Assembly (NCBI GenBank): GCA_963764925.1
Contig: CAVXUR010000008.1
Coordinates: forward strand, 3,923-67,922
Reading direction: 5' to 3'
Length of the DNA: 64,000 nt
Source of the DNA: an uncultured Acidobacteriota bacterium
Lineage (GTDB): Bacteria > Acidobacteriota > Vicinamibacteria > Vicinamibacterales > 2-12-FULL-66-21
This document shows, one piece after another, positions 23,506 to 34,310 of this stretch (positions are counted from its first letter, which is position 1; each line of letters starts with the position of its first letter). The position numbers and the translations under genes are program-made. The notes under the pieces are model-generated. The model was not told the DNA's origin, searched no databases, and saw only the letters and a list, made by a program, of their open reading frames with translations.

Positions 23506-24078
23506 ATGGCGGAGAGTGATTTCCTGGACGACCGCAGGCGCGCTTCGGAAGAAGACTACTTCCGCAAGAAGGATCGCGAGCTCGTCGAGAAGATGCGGAA
23601 GGCGGCGGCCGCCGATCGCGCCCACGGCGAGCTGAGCGCGAAGACCGGTCTCCACGACCCCGCGATGATTGCGGAACTCGAGGCGCTCGGCTTTACACCC
23701 GAGACGATCAGCGTTCTCCCGCTCGTCCCGATCGTCCAGATGGCGTGGGCCGAAGGCGGCATCACGCCGGCCGAGCGCACGCTGCTCGTCAAGCTCGCGC
23801 GCGAGCGGGGGATCGCGGAGGGAAGCGCCGCGGATCGGCAGCTCTCCGACTGGATGGCGCGTCAGCCGTCGGCCGATGTGTTCGCTCGTGCCACTCGCCT
23901 CATTCGAGCGATGCTCGACACGGGCTCTGGGGAGGCCGGCACGATGAGCGCCGACGATCTCATCAAGTACAGCGAGAGCATCGCTGCCGCCTCGGGCGGC
24001 ATCCTCGGAATCGGCAAAGTCTCGTCTGAGGAACGCGAAACGCTCGCCAAGATCGTGGCGGCACTCAAAGCTCGATAA
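23506..24078 (+). CDS. TerB-like protein with charged N-terminal helix
   Basis: GGAGG RBS; MAWAEGGITPAER and AAASGGILGIGKVSSEERE TerB-type motifs. Confidence 0.7.
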   Translation: MAESDFLDDRRRASEEDYFRKKDRELVEKMRKAAAADRAHGELSAKTGLHDPAMIAELEALGFTPETISVLPLVPIVQMAWAEGGITPAERTLLVKLARERGIAEGSAADRQLSDWMARQPSADVFARATRLIRAMLDTGSGEAGTMSADDLIKYSESIAAASGGILGIGKVSSEERETLAKIVAALKAR

Positions 24079-24145
24079 AGAAGGGTGCTAGGGTGCAACC
24101 GGCACCCTAAGCACTTCCGGCACTCTGGCTTTCTCGCACCCTGGC

Positions 24146-24826
24146 CTACCTTGCTTTAGCCCGCGCGACGTATTCGCGCGCCGCCGCGCGGTCCGCGTCG
24201 ATCGCGGGCGCGCCCCACACGCCGCGCCCCGACCCTGCCGGAGCGTCCGTACTCAGAACGAGTCGCCACGCCTGCCGCTCCGGACGGTAGAATAGGCTCC
24301 ACTGCCAGCCAGCATACGCGGACAGACTCGTACGAAGATCCGTCCAGCCGGTGTGAATACCGGGTGTCAACAGGACTTCGGCGAGCTGCTCGTAGATCCG
24401 ATCGTCGCTGACCCCGACGCGGAACCGCAACGGCTGTGGAGATATCCCGTTCATCCCGCGATCGATCGCCACGCGAGCGGTGAACGTGCTGCGGCGCGGC
24501 ACGGGGAGCACGAACACGAGCCGGCTCGGCGCGATTGTCCGGATAGCGGGCTCCGACCGTCCAGCGATCGAGACGTCGGCAACCTCGAACGCCGCAGGCG
24601 ACGGCCGGGCCTCGGCGTCGCGGAGATCGCGGACCAGATTGACAATGCGAATCGGCGAGGGATCGGCCGGTGCGCACGCCCCGACGATGCAACCGAGGGT
24701 GGCCGTTGCGGCCGCGATCGATCGACGGACACGTCCGGCGAGGCTCCGCCTCAGACCGACAAGTGGTTCCGCCTCGCTGGGTGGCATTGCTTGATCACGG
24801 TCTTGACCACGCGAAACTTGAGTCAT
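24146..24826 (-). CDS. Hypothetical (lipo)protein
   Basis: 226-aa ORF with hydrophobic stretch and VGAC lipobox-like motif; start uncertain. Confidence 0.55.
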   Translation of the reverse strand: MTQVSRGQDRDQAMPPSEAEPLVGLRRSLAGRVRRSIAAATATLGCIVGACAPADPSPIRIVNLVRDLRDAEARPSPAAFEVADVSIAGRSEPAIRTIAPSRLVFVLPVPRRSTFTARVAIDRGMNGISPQPLRFRVGVSDDRIYEQLAEVLLTPGIHTGWTDLRTSLSAYAGWQWSLFYRPERQAWRLVLSTDAPAGSGRGVWGAPAIDADRAAAREYVARAKAR

Positions 24827-24899
24827 TTGTACAAGGCTGAGGGGTCAAGACCTCTAGCGGAATCAGCAGCGTGATGGAAACCGAGATGAGCCGGCGCCG

Positions 24900-26046
24900 A
24901 TGACGGCCACGCGTGCTCGCAGCCAGCGAGTCTGCACCGCCGTCGCGCTCGCAGCCGTCGTGCTCCTGCTGGCATCCGTCGCGCGATTGTACCATCCGCC
25001 CTACGGCTTCACGGAGATGATCGGGTTTGCGAGCCCAGGCACGGGCGAGCTTCCAGTCCTGCAGGCGCTCCCCCATTACCGGCATCCGCCGTGGGGCAGC
25101 TACGACGGGCAGTTCTATGCGCAGCTGGCGCTCGAGCCGCTGCTGCGCGATCCGGCGATCGATCACGCGCTCGATCTGCCGCCGTATCGGGCGCGCCGGA
25201 TCCTCTTCAGCTGGACCGCGTGGGCGATCGGCCTGGGACGTCCGCAGTGGATTCTGCAGGCGTATGCGCTCCAGAACGTTTTCTTCTGGCTCGTGCTGGC
25301 AGTCGTCATGACGCGATGGCTGCGACCCGACACGCCGCGTGGACTGGCGTTGTGGATCGCCTGCCTCTTCTCGCACGGACTGCTGACGTCAGTGCGCTCG
25401 GCTCTGCTCGATGGTCCGAGCATGCTGCTCGTCGCGCTCGCCATCGCCGCATCCGAGCGCGGGCGGCTCTTGACGTCGGCGGCGATTGCCGGCGTCGCCG
25501 GGCTCGGGCGCGAGACCAATCTTCTCTCGGTCGCCGGCCTCCCGCGGCCCGGCCACCCATGGCGATGGCTCAAGCTTGGATTCGCGCTGGTGCTCGCCGC
25601 GTTGCCGCTCCTCCTCTGGCAGGATTACCTGCGCTCGATCTATCGATCGACGAGTGTGGTCGGACACGACCAGCTCGACCGCCCCGTGATGGTTTACATC
25701 CAAGTCCTGCAGCAGACGCTCGACAGAGCCCTCGGCGCCGACGCGTCGCTGCTCGCGGTGCTCAAGCTTGGAGTGATCCTCTGCCTGACCGTGCAGACGG
25801 CATACCTCCTCTACCGCCGGGAGTACACATCGGCGTGGTGGCGCGTCGCTCTGGCGTACGCGCTGCTGATGTTCACCGTGCACAAAGTCGTCTGGGACGG
25901 ATTCCCGGGCGCGGTGACGCGCGTGACGCTGCCGCTCGCCTTTGGCTTCAACGTCCTCCTGGCGCGGGAGATCGGATGGCGTTTCTGGCCCTGGTTCGTC
26001 CTCGGCAACCTGCACTTGCTCCCGGCGGCGATGTTGATGCCGTTAA
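24900..26046 (+). CDS. Polytopic membrane protein, GT-C/glycopolymer-formation-like
   Basis: YDGQFY..P, YRARRI and GRET motifs; stop apparently lost, end estimated. Confidence 0.6.
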
Positions 26047-26096
26047 GGGTGAAGCGTGCTAGCATCACGCTCGACCGGGATCGACTGCAAAGGAGC

Positions 26097-26817
26097 ATGA
26101 AGATGGCGCAATACAACATCACGCCCGACACGACGTTCAGCACTCCGTACGCCGCCGACGAGCGGGTCACCATGTTCCTGCGCAGCGTGTACGGCTGGAT
26201 GTGCGCCGGGCTCGGCGTCACCGCGCTCGTCGCGTTCTACGTCGCCCAATCGCCGTCGCTTATCCGGACCATTGCTGGTAACCCGGTCTTCTATTGGGGA
26301 CTGATGATTGCCCAGCTTGGCCTGGTGTTTTTCCTGTCTGCCCGCGTCGACAAGATCGCCGCCGGCACGCGCCTCGCTCCTTTTCGTGCTCTACTCCGCG
26401 CTGACCGGGGTCACGTTCGCGTTCATCCTGCTCGCGTTTACCGGCGCGTCGATCGCGACGACATTCATGATCTCGGCCGGAATGTTCGGCGCGCTGGCGC
26501 TCTACGGAACGACGACGAGCCGGAGCCTGGCTGGATGGGGGCAGTTCCTCTTCATGGGCCTCATCGGCGTCGTGCTGGCGTCGTTTGTGGGAATCTTCTG
26601 GCAGAACAGCGGCTTCCAGTTCGTGCTCGGATTCATCGGCGTCATCGTGTTCACGGGGCTCACCGCCTACGATGCGCAGCGCCTGAAGGAGATGGCGCTC
26701 GCGCTGCCCTCCGGCCAGCTCGGTTCCTACGCCATCGTCGGCGCGCTGACCCTGTATCTGGATTTCATCAACCTGTTCCTGATGTTGTTGCGATTCACCG
26801 GAAGCCGCCGGGAGTAA
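26097..26817 (+). CDS. Bax inhibitor-1/YccA family protein, frameshift ~26370
   Basis: AAGGAG RBS; FLRSVYGWM, TAYDAQRLK, GALTLYLDFINLFL. Confidence 0.92.
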
Positions 26818-28043
26818 TGTCCCTCGACAAGCTCAACGCGGCTCTGGTCGCTGACGTCGCCGCGCTCTCGGCAGAAGGCCGGGCGAAAGCGCCCGAACGC
26901 GTCATCGTCGGCTACGTTCCGCCCTCAGGGATTCGAGGTCCGCGCTACCGGCTGCACGGCAGCGACCGCGACTTCCTTCGGATGAACAGCAACAGCTACC
27001 TGTCGCTGTCGAATCATCCGGACGTCCTGGCCGCAGCCGACGCGGCGTCGCATGCGTTTGGCGCGGGTCCTGGCGCGGTGCGGTTCATCGACGGCACATT
27101 TTCGGCGCACGCTCAGCTCGAAGCCAGAATCGCGCGCTTCGTCGGCCGGCCGGCCGCGCGCATTTTCAACTCGGCCTATACCACCGTCCTCGGCCTGGCG
27201 ATCACTCTTGCCGGGCCCGAGACGTTCTGGATCGGCGACGCGCTCAACCACAATTGCATCATCCGGGCGATGCGGATCGCGAACGTGCCGTCGGCACAAC
27301 GCGCGATCTACAAGCACAACGATCTGGCGGATCTCGCGGCCCACCTCGAACGCGTCCCGGACGGGACGGGCCGAGTGGTCGTCATCTTTGACGGCATCTT
27401 CAGCATGCGCGGCGACAACGCGCCCGTCGATGCGATCGCGTCGCTCGTCGCCAGGCACGAGCATCGCTTCCGTGATGGCGTCATCACGATCATGGACGAC
27501 TCACACGGCGTCGCCGCCTACGGCGCGACCGGGCGGGGCACCGAAGAGCATTGCGCTGCGCGCGTCGACATCTTCGTCGGGACGTTCGGCAAGGCGTTCG
27601 GCGTGAATGGCGGGTTCGTTGCGGGAAGCGTCGAACTCGTCGAGGCCGTGCGGCAGAGGGCCGACACATATATCTACACCAACCCGCTCGGCGCGGCGGA
27701 CGCGGCAGCCGCCGTGGCGGCCGTCGAGGTCGCTGACGGCAGCGAAGGCCGAACGCGCCTGGCGAACCTGCGGGCGCGCACCGCGCAGTTCCGCGGCGGG
27801 CTCGAATTACTCGGGTTCGAGTCCATCCCCGGCCCGCATCCAGTCGTGCCATTGGTCGTGCGCGACACGGCCCGGGTGCGGTCGATGGTCGCAGGGCTCT
27901 TCGACCGCGGGATCCTCGCCGTCGGCCTGACGTTTCCGGTCGTCCCCAGGGGCGATGAAACGATCCGCTTTCAAATCAACGCCGCGCACACCGAAGGTGA
28001 CATCAGCGACTTATTGAGCGCATTGAAAGAGTTGAAGGGATAG
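26817..28043 (+). CDS. PLP-dependent CoA ligase (Kbl/BioF family)
   Basis: TAATG coupling; NSYLSL, LNHNCII, DGIFSMRG, DDSHG, GTFGKAFG. Confidence 0.88.
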   Translation: MSLDKLNAALVADVAALSAEGRAKAPERVIVGYVPPSGIRGPRYRLHGSDRDFLRMNSNSYLSLSNHPDVLAAADAASHAFGAGPGAVRFIDGTFSAHAQLEARIARFVGRPAARIFNSAYTTVLGLAITLAGPETFWIGDALNHNCIIRAMRIANVPSAQRAIYKHNDLADLAAHLERVPDGTGRVVVIFDGIFSMRGDNAPVDAIASLVARHEHRFRDGVITIMDDSHGVAAYGATGRGTEEHCAARVDIFVGTFGKAFGVNGGFVAGSVELVEAVRQRADTYIYTNPLGAADAAAAVAAVEVADGSEGRTRLANLRARTAQFRGGLELLGFESIPGPHPVVPLVVRDTARVRSMVAGLFDRGILAVGLTFPVVPRGDETIRFQINAAHTEGDISDLLSALKELKG

Positions 28044-28044
28044 C

Positions 28045-29823
28045 ATGCGTACTAGTCGAATCGCTACGCTTTGTGCGGCGCTCGTCGCAACGGTTTCAGG
28101 GAATGGGATTACCGCCGGCGCTCCCCCTGCGCAGGACCCACGCGCCTGGATTGCGGTGAGCAATCGTCACGCGCAGGTGCTCCTCGACGTTCTCGCGCGC
28201 TTCGCGCCCGAGAGCGCGGGCCAGTTCGGCGTCACGGGTCTCGACGAGGCGGTCTCGAGCCTGAGCATCGAGAACCGCGACAAGGCCCGCGCTGCCACGG
28301 CGGCGGCGCTGGCCACGCTGCAGGCCGCGCGCACAACGGAACAGGATCCGCTCGTTCGCCAGGACCTCGACATCCTCATCAAGTCGGCCCAGACCAATCT
28401 CCGCGGCGGGCAACTCTTTCAGGAGCGGATGCTGCCGTACACCGACGTGACGGCGTTGGTGTTCGGCGGGCTCCGGTCGCTGCTCGACGCACAAGTCGCA
28501 GCCGAACGCCGGCCGGCGGCAGTCGTCAGGCTTCGCAGGTACGCGGGGCTCGTCGATGGCTATGAGCCTGTGACCGCGCAAGCCATGCGGGTGACGCGCG
28601 AGCGGATGGCGGACGCAAAATTGCTCCCGCCGGCGAAGTCACAGGTGGAGCGTGACCTGGCAAACGGCCCGGTCATCCTGCAGGGCCTCGAAAAGCTTTT
28701 CGAGCTCTACAAGCTCGAAGGCTGGCGCGAGCCGTACGCGACCCTGAAGCAGCAGCTGACGGGCTATCAGGACTTCGTGCGGACCGAGATCCTCCCAAAG
28801 GCGCGGACGGATTTCCGCCTGCCCGCCGATCTCTACGCGTTTTCGCTCGAACAAGTGGGCGTCGGAGTGCAGGGCGAACCACTTGCGAAGATGGCCCGGC
28901 AGGCATTTGCCGAAATTCAGGGCGAGATGCAGCGGCTGGCGCCGACGATTGCGAAAGCGCGCGGTCTGCAGACGGCCGATTACCGCGACGTCATCCGCGC
29001 TCTGAAGAAGGAGCAACTCGTCGGCGACGCGATCCTTCCCCACTACCGCAAGCGCCTCGAGGAGCTCGAGTCGATCATCAGGCGCGAACAGCTCGTCACG
29101 CTCCCGGAACGCGAGGCCCGGATTCGTATCGCCACCGACGCCGAAGCCGCGCAGAACCCGGCCCCCAACATGCGTCCACCCCGGCTCCTCGGCAACACCG
29201 GGGAAATGGGAGAGTTCATCCTGCCGCTGAACATTCCGGCGGCACCCGGGAGCAAGGCGCCACTGACCTACGATGACTTCACGTTCCAGGCAGCATCCTG
29301 GACCCTGACGGCTCATGAGGCACGGCCCGGGCACGAGATGCAGTTTGCGAAGATGATCGAGGCCGGCGTCTCGACGGCGCGCGCGCTCTTCGCCTTCAAC
29401 AGCGTCAACGTCGAAGGCTGGGGACTCTATGCCGAATGGATGATGCTGCCCTACATGCCGCCCGAAGGTCAGCTGATTTCGCTGCAGTTCCGGCTGATGC
29501 GGGCGGCGCGCGCATTTCTCGATCCGGAGCTGCACATGGGCCGCGTGACGCCGGATGAAGCGCGGCGCGTCCTCCTCGACGACGTGGTGCTCTCGCAGGC
29601 GATGACCGAGCAGGAAGTCGAACGCTACATGTTCCGCGCGCCGGGGCAGGCCACCTCGTATTTCTACGGCTACACCCGGCTTCGCGAGCTCAGGCCGGAG
29701 GTCGAGCACGCGATGGGCAGCAAGTTCAGCGCGCGCGAGTTCCACGACTTCATCCTCGCGCAGGGACTGCTGCCGCCGGAACTGTTGAAGGAAGCCGTGC
29801 TGGCGCGCTTCGTCAAGCGCTAG
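28045..29823 (+). CDS. DUF885 family protein
   Basis: Signal peptide; HEARPGHEMQ, EGWGLYAE, EVERY..PGQATSY, FHD. Confidence 0.9.
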   Translation: MRTSRIATLCAALVATVSGNGITAGAPPAQDPRAWIAVSNRHAQVLLDVLARFAPESAGQFGVTGLDEAVSSLSIENRDKARAATAAALATLQAARTTEQDPLVRQDLDILIKSAQTNLRGGQLFQERMLPYTDVTALVFGGLRSLLDAQVAAERRPAAVVRLRRYAGLVDGYEPVTAQAMRVTRERMADAKLLPPAKSQVERDLANGPVILQGLEKLFELYKLEGWREPYATLKQQLTGYQDFVRTEILPKARTDFRLPADLYAFSLEQVGVGVQGEPLAKMARQAFAEIQGEMQRLAPTIAKARGLQTADYRDVIRALKKEQLVGDAILPHYRKRLEELESIIRREQLVTLPEREARIRIATDAEAAQNPAPNMRPPRLLGNTGEMGEFILPLNIPAAPGSKAPLTYDDFTFQAASWTLTAHEARPGHEMQFAKMIEAGVSTARALFAFNSVNVEGWGLYAEWMMLPYMPPEGQLISLQFRLMRAARAFLDPELHMGRVTPDEARRVLLDDVVLSQAMTEQEVERYMFRAPGQATSYFYGYTRLRELRPEVEHAMGSKFSAREFHDFILAQGLLPPELLKEAVLARFVKR

Positions 29824-29852
29824 ATCCGCAATCGGGGTTTCGCGCGTAGCGG

Positions 29853-30887
29853 CTAGCTCCGGTACAGACTCGACCACACCGGCAGGAGATCCGAGAACGT
29901 ACTGTCGATCCAGGTCAGCAGCTTGCGGCCGTCGGCAAGAATCTCCGCGTCCTGGGACCGGTCGAGGAAGAGCCAGCGGCCGAAGAAAACCCAGCCGACC
30001 GTCGCGGGGTGCTGGCAGCCGATGAGCCACGCGAGGGCGTCAGCCGGCAGGAGGTCGGACGCGGGCGGGGAATCGCCGTACTGGATGAACCCGGCGTGCA
30101 TCGACATCCACTGAGTGAGAAACCCGCGCCACGCGCCGGACAGAAGCTGCTGAAACTGCGCAAAGTTTGCTAACGCGCGCTCCTGATCGGACTCGGAACC
30201 CTCTGGCGCCAACCTGAATCCGATGCCAGCGCACAATGCGTCCCGCCCCCACGGCGTCGAAGACAGAAGTCCTATCGTCAGTTGCGGCTCCCAGCGCACT
30301 CCCTGGTGAAATACGCGAAGGTATCCGGGGCCGCCCGTGTGCACGGTGTGCCGCCTGAACAACCGCGCCCCACTCTGACCGGCACGATTGCGGGCCTGGA
30401 CGGCCTTGGCCGCAAACGTCCGCTCGTTGAGCGCGATCAGCCATGGCTCGATCCGCGATCCGAGCGACTCGACCACTGCCTCCCGCGACAGTTGGCCGAG
30501 CGCGGCGAATTCGGCGCGGCCGATCCCGGGGATCGCCGCCCCAGTGGACCTGGTGCCGCGCGAGGCCGAGCGTGCAGCAGGTGCCGTCGCGCGCGTGCGA
30601 GGCGTCTTGACGACGGGCGTCGAGGCCACGCGACGTTTGGTGACTTCGAGCTGCAGACTGCGCGCGATGGTGTTCTGCGGATTCAGCTGGAGCGCCGCGT
30701 CGAGCGTCGCCGTCGCCTCGTCGAGCTGGCCGCCTTCCATGTAGCACCGCGACAAGCGGGTCAACGCGCCTTCGTTGGTCGGCGCGATCTTCGCCAGCTC
30801 GAGATTGGTCGACAGCGCCTGCGCGCCGAAATCGCCGGATTTGGCGTACTCGATCGCCCGCTGCTGCAACTCCTGAATGGACGGCAT
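29853..30887 (-). CDS. TPR protein with uncharacterised C-terminal domain
   Basis: TPR motif ALTRLSRCY..ALQLNPQNTIA. Confidence 0.7.
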   Translation of the reverse strand: MPSIQELQQRAIEYAKSGDFGAQALSTNLELAKIAPTNEGALTRLSRCYMEGGQLDEATATLDAALQLNPQNTIARSLQLEVTKRRVASTPVVKTPRTRATAPAARSASRGTRSTGAAIPGIGRAEFAALGQLSREAVVESLGSRIEPWLIALNERTFAAKAVQARNRAGQSGARLFRRHTVHTGGPGYLRVFHQGVRWEPQLTIGLLSSTPWGRDALCAGIGFRLAPEGSESDQERALANFAQFQQLLSGAWRGFLTQWMSMHAGFIQYGDSPPASDLLPADALAWLIGCQHPATVGWVFFGRWLFLDRSQDAEILADGRKLLTWIDSTFSDLLPVWSSLYRS

Positions 30888-31059
30888 GCGTAGAGCGTAT
30901 CAGGTCGATCTCGTAAACCAAACCCAGCCGAACCCGCCGCGTTACAGCGCCAAAAGCCTTCACCGCGGAGTGCGCCAGGCGCAGAGCCACTGGTCTTTCT
31001 CTCGAGCTCTGCGCACTCAGCGGGAGAAGCTCTTGAACAGTTTCTTGAGCTGGCTGCCA

Positions 31060-31206
31060 CTACGGCCGATCGAACCAATGAATCACCAGGCTGACGGCGG
31101 CAAACGCCATCAGAAGCGAGACGACGAGCGCCACCAACGTCCACGTCAGGACCCGGCGCAAGCCAGTGTCGCCGACGACCTTCGGTGGCTCGGGGCCGTC
31201 GATCAC
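31060..31206 (-). CDS. Small membrane protein (48 aa)
   Basis: GTGA overlap with the peptidase stop; MIDGPEPPKVVGDTGLRRVLTWTLVALVVSLLMAFAAVSLVIHWFDRP. Confidence 0.55.
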   Translation of the reverse strand: MIDGPEPPKVVGDTGLRRVLTWTLVALVVSLLMAFAAVSLVIHWFDRP

Positions 31207-33333
31207 TCTCGACCCGGGGCAGCGGTCGGCGCCGACGAGGGCAGCAGGTACTTTTCGAGCCAGGCGCGCACTTCACGATAGAAGACACGGCTGTTCTCGC
31301 CCTTGAGGATCCAGTGGTTCTCGTCGGGCCAGATGAGCAGCCGCGTCGGCACGTTCATCCGCTGCAGCGCCGAGTACATCGTCAACGTGTTGCCCTCGGG
31401 GACGCGGAAGTCGTTCAAGCCGACGGAAAGGAGCGTTGGCGTCTTGAAGCTGCCGGCCTTCGCGAGCGGACTCTGCGCAATCCATTTCGACGGGTTCTCC
31501 CAATAGGGCCCGCCCATCATCAGCTCGCGGTGATAGATGCCGTCGCTGATGCCCCACTGCATCTCGAGCGTGGCGAGACCCGCGTGGCTGACGAGACAGC
31601 GGTAACGCGTCGTCGTGCCGGCCAGCCAGTTGGTCAGGTGGCCACCGTAGCTGGCGCCGCCCGCGGCCTGACGGCTGCCGTCGATGAACGCGATACTGCT
31701 TGATCGCTTCATCGGCTGCGTCGTTGATGTCGTCGGCAGGGCCGGCCAGCGGATCGCCCTGGATGTCGAGCGTGAACTTCTCGCCATAGCCGGTCGATCC
31801 GCGGTAGTCGGTCAAGAGCACGACGAAGCCGGGCTGAGAGAGGAGGTGATAGTTCCAGCGGTAGGTGATCGAGTCGCGCCACATGTTGGCGTGGCCACCG
31901 TGGATCAAAACGAAGAGCGGATACTTCTTCGACTCGTCGAAATTCGGCGGCAGGGCGACAAAGCTGTGGATGCGGCGACCGTCACGGCCCGTGAACCAGA
32001 ACTCGCGCAACGGCTGCCAATCGATCGACTCCGCTGACTTGGTCGTGAACGAAGTCAGGAAGGTGCGGTTGCCGGTCGTCGGATCGAGGCGGACGATCTC
32101 GGCCGGACGAATCGCGCTTTCCCAGTTCGCGAACGCGACCGCCGACGACCCGCGCACGGGGGTCTGCAGATTGGTGTACACGCCTTGCGGAGCGTCCACG
32201 GCCACCTTCGCCGCGCCGCCCGCCGCCGGGACCGCGTAGACGCGCTCGTGGCCCGAATCTTCGGCAGTGAAGTAGACCGTCTGGCTGTCGGCGGCAAACG
32301 ACCAGCTCCCGAGTGACCGGTCGAACCCTTTGGTGACAATCGACACCGCCGCCGGCGACGACCCGCTCAGAGGCCAGGCGGAACATCCCAACCGGTTGAG
32401 CTGGTAGATCACCGGTTTGGCTTCGGACACTGAATAGCAGAGCGCCTTGCCATCGGGACGAAACGCAGGCGCGCCGAAGTCCCAACCGTCCGGCGTCAGC
32501 CGCTTCGGCTCTCCCCCACTTGCTGGCACTTGCCAGAGATGGGTCACGACCGCGGCTCTCGCTGCCACGCCTTCATCCTCGGCCGCCATGAAGACGACCG
32601 ACTGGCCGTCGGGCGACCAGACTCCACCAAGCGCGGTGCCGCCAAAGCCCGGCCGAGCCGCGGCCTTCGACGCACCGAAGAGGCTGCGCGCTTTGCGGTC
32701 GCCGGCGACGTCGACGACCCACAGCTGGCTCTTCGACTCCTCGATCCAGTGATCGAAGTCCCGGATTGGAAACGAATCGTAGATACGAACCTTCGACTTG
32801 ATGTTCTTCCGTTCCTGAACCACCTTCCGGTTCGACTCCTCGTCGGTGGCGCCCGGCCACAGCGCCGCCTGAAAAAGAATCTTCTGGCCGTCGGGACTCC
32901 ATCGCGCCACGCTCGCCGCTGTCGGCGCCGCCGTCACGCGCTGAGCTTCACCGCCCCGGACGACGTCGAGCACGTAGATTTGATTGACCTCATCATCATC
33001 ACGCTTCGCGGCAAACGCGATGCGCGTGCTGTCGGGGCTCCATGCCGGTCCACTCTCGGTCCCCTTGGTCGACGTCAGGCGGCGCGGCCCCGCGCTGCCG
33101 TCCGCGGGAACGATCCAGAGATCCGACACGTCCTTCAGAGGATCGTACGACGGCTCCGAAACGCTGAAGACGACCCACTTGCCATCGGCGGACGGCACGG
33201 GCGCTCCGACGCGCTGGAACGACCAGAGGAGCTCGTGAGAAAGGGTAGTCGGCGCCTGACGGGCTTGCGCGGAGACGGTCGCCGCGGCGAGCAGGCACAA
33301 CACCCAGAACGAGGCGATTCGGTTGCGCTTCAT
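31203..33333 (-). CDS. S9 family peptidase, frameshift ~31690
   Basis: PD40 repeats (WSPDG), LIHGG, YRGSTGYG, GASYGG nucleophile, DFRVP, DENHWI. Confidence 0.93.
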
Positions 33334-33380
33334 GGGGACCGATTCTAGATGAAATCGCGTCGGCAATGCCGTCTCCCTAC

Positions 33381-34070
33381 TCAACGTTTCGTCGTCCAGA
33401 AATTATGGTTCACGCATGCGCCTTTTCCAATCGCGACATGCCTGGGCGGCACGGGCGTGTAGTCGCGCGGAAGTTCCACGGTCAATGTGTAGTCACCCGG
33501 GGGCACCACCCCGAAGCGATACGTGCCCGTCAGGTCAGTCCGCGTCGTGAGTTCACGGTTCGAGCCGCGAAGCACCATGCGAACGTTGGAAATGGCAGGT
33601 CCCGATTTCACGCCCGTGCCGGGATCGATATCGACAAAGGCAAAGCCCGACAGCGTCCCCTCACCAGGCTGCGCCAGGGCGGCGCGGATGTATTTGAGCG
33701 GCCCTTCGGACTGATCCAGCAGGTCGGTGCCGCCGCAAAGCGATACCTTCCACGCGCCGCTCGCATCCTTTGTCGCGTGCACGAGATATCGACTGCCCTG
33801 CTTGAAACCGAACTCGCACGAGCCGCCGACTCCGTACGAGGACGTTGTCAATTCACCCTGGACCCGCTCGCCGCGCAGCCATTCCTCGACGACAAGACGA
33901 GTGACCTGGTTTCCGCGAGTCTTCTCGACGACGCTCTGCGCGCGTCCGATGAAGACCGTGTCAGCCATCCAGAACGTCTGACACGGACTCAGTGGAGCGC
34001 ACGAGCACGCGCCGGCAGGGTCGGGAACGAGCAATATCGCCAGGAGGCCCAGGACCACGCGTTTGACCAT
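33381..34070 (-). CDS. Secreted protein: CSC/TIMP-like N-domain plus carboxypeptidase-regulatory-like domain
   Basis: Signal peptide then ACSC; TRTDLTGTYRFGVVPPGDYTL. Confidence 0.75.
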   Translation of the reverse strand: MVKRVVLGLLAILLVPDPAGACSCAPLSPCQTFWMADTVFIGRAQSVVEKTRGNQVTRLVVEEWLRGERVQGELTTSSYGVGGSCEFGFKQGSRYLVHATKDASGAWKVSLCGGTDLLDQSEGPLKYIRAALAQPGEGTLSGFAFVDIDPGTGVKSGPAISNVRMVLRGSNRELTTRTDLTGTYRFGVVPPGDYTLTVELPRDYTPVPPRHVAIGKGACVNHNFWTTKR

Positions 34071-34102
34071 TGCCGCACCTCACGGGACTGTTGGGTTAGT
34101 TT

Positions 34103-34165
34103 GCCACGGATAACATGGGCCGGTCGGCACACGGGTCAGATCAGTGCGATCCGTGTAGTCGTGGC
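34103..34165. repeat. Inverted 9-mer element (GCCACGGAT..ATCCGTG..GTGGC)
   Basis: Same ends as the elements at 6798 and 9578. Confidence 0.55.
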
Positions 34166-34310
34166 ATCCACGTGAAACTGACCAATCGTTGAGAAAAACC
34201 GCTGGAAACATGATTGAAACAGCGCTCGTCATATGATCAAGCGGTCAGGCTCAGGTGCAGGCTTCCGCATCCACGCGTCAGGCTGGCACCCGAGCGAAGA
34301 CCACACGAGG

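Noticed and set aside
24900-28043. 1047-aa ORF as a novel membrane-protein/BI-1/aminotransferase fusion
   Set aside because: Three ordinary genes joined by a lost stop and an indel; the middle reads out of frame and the internal genes have their own RBS or TAATG start
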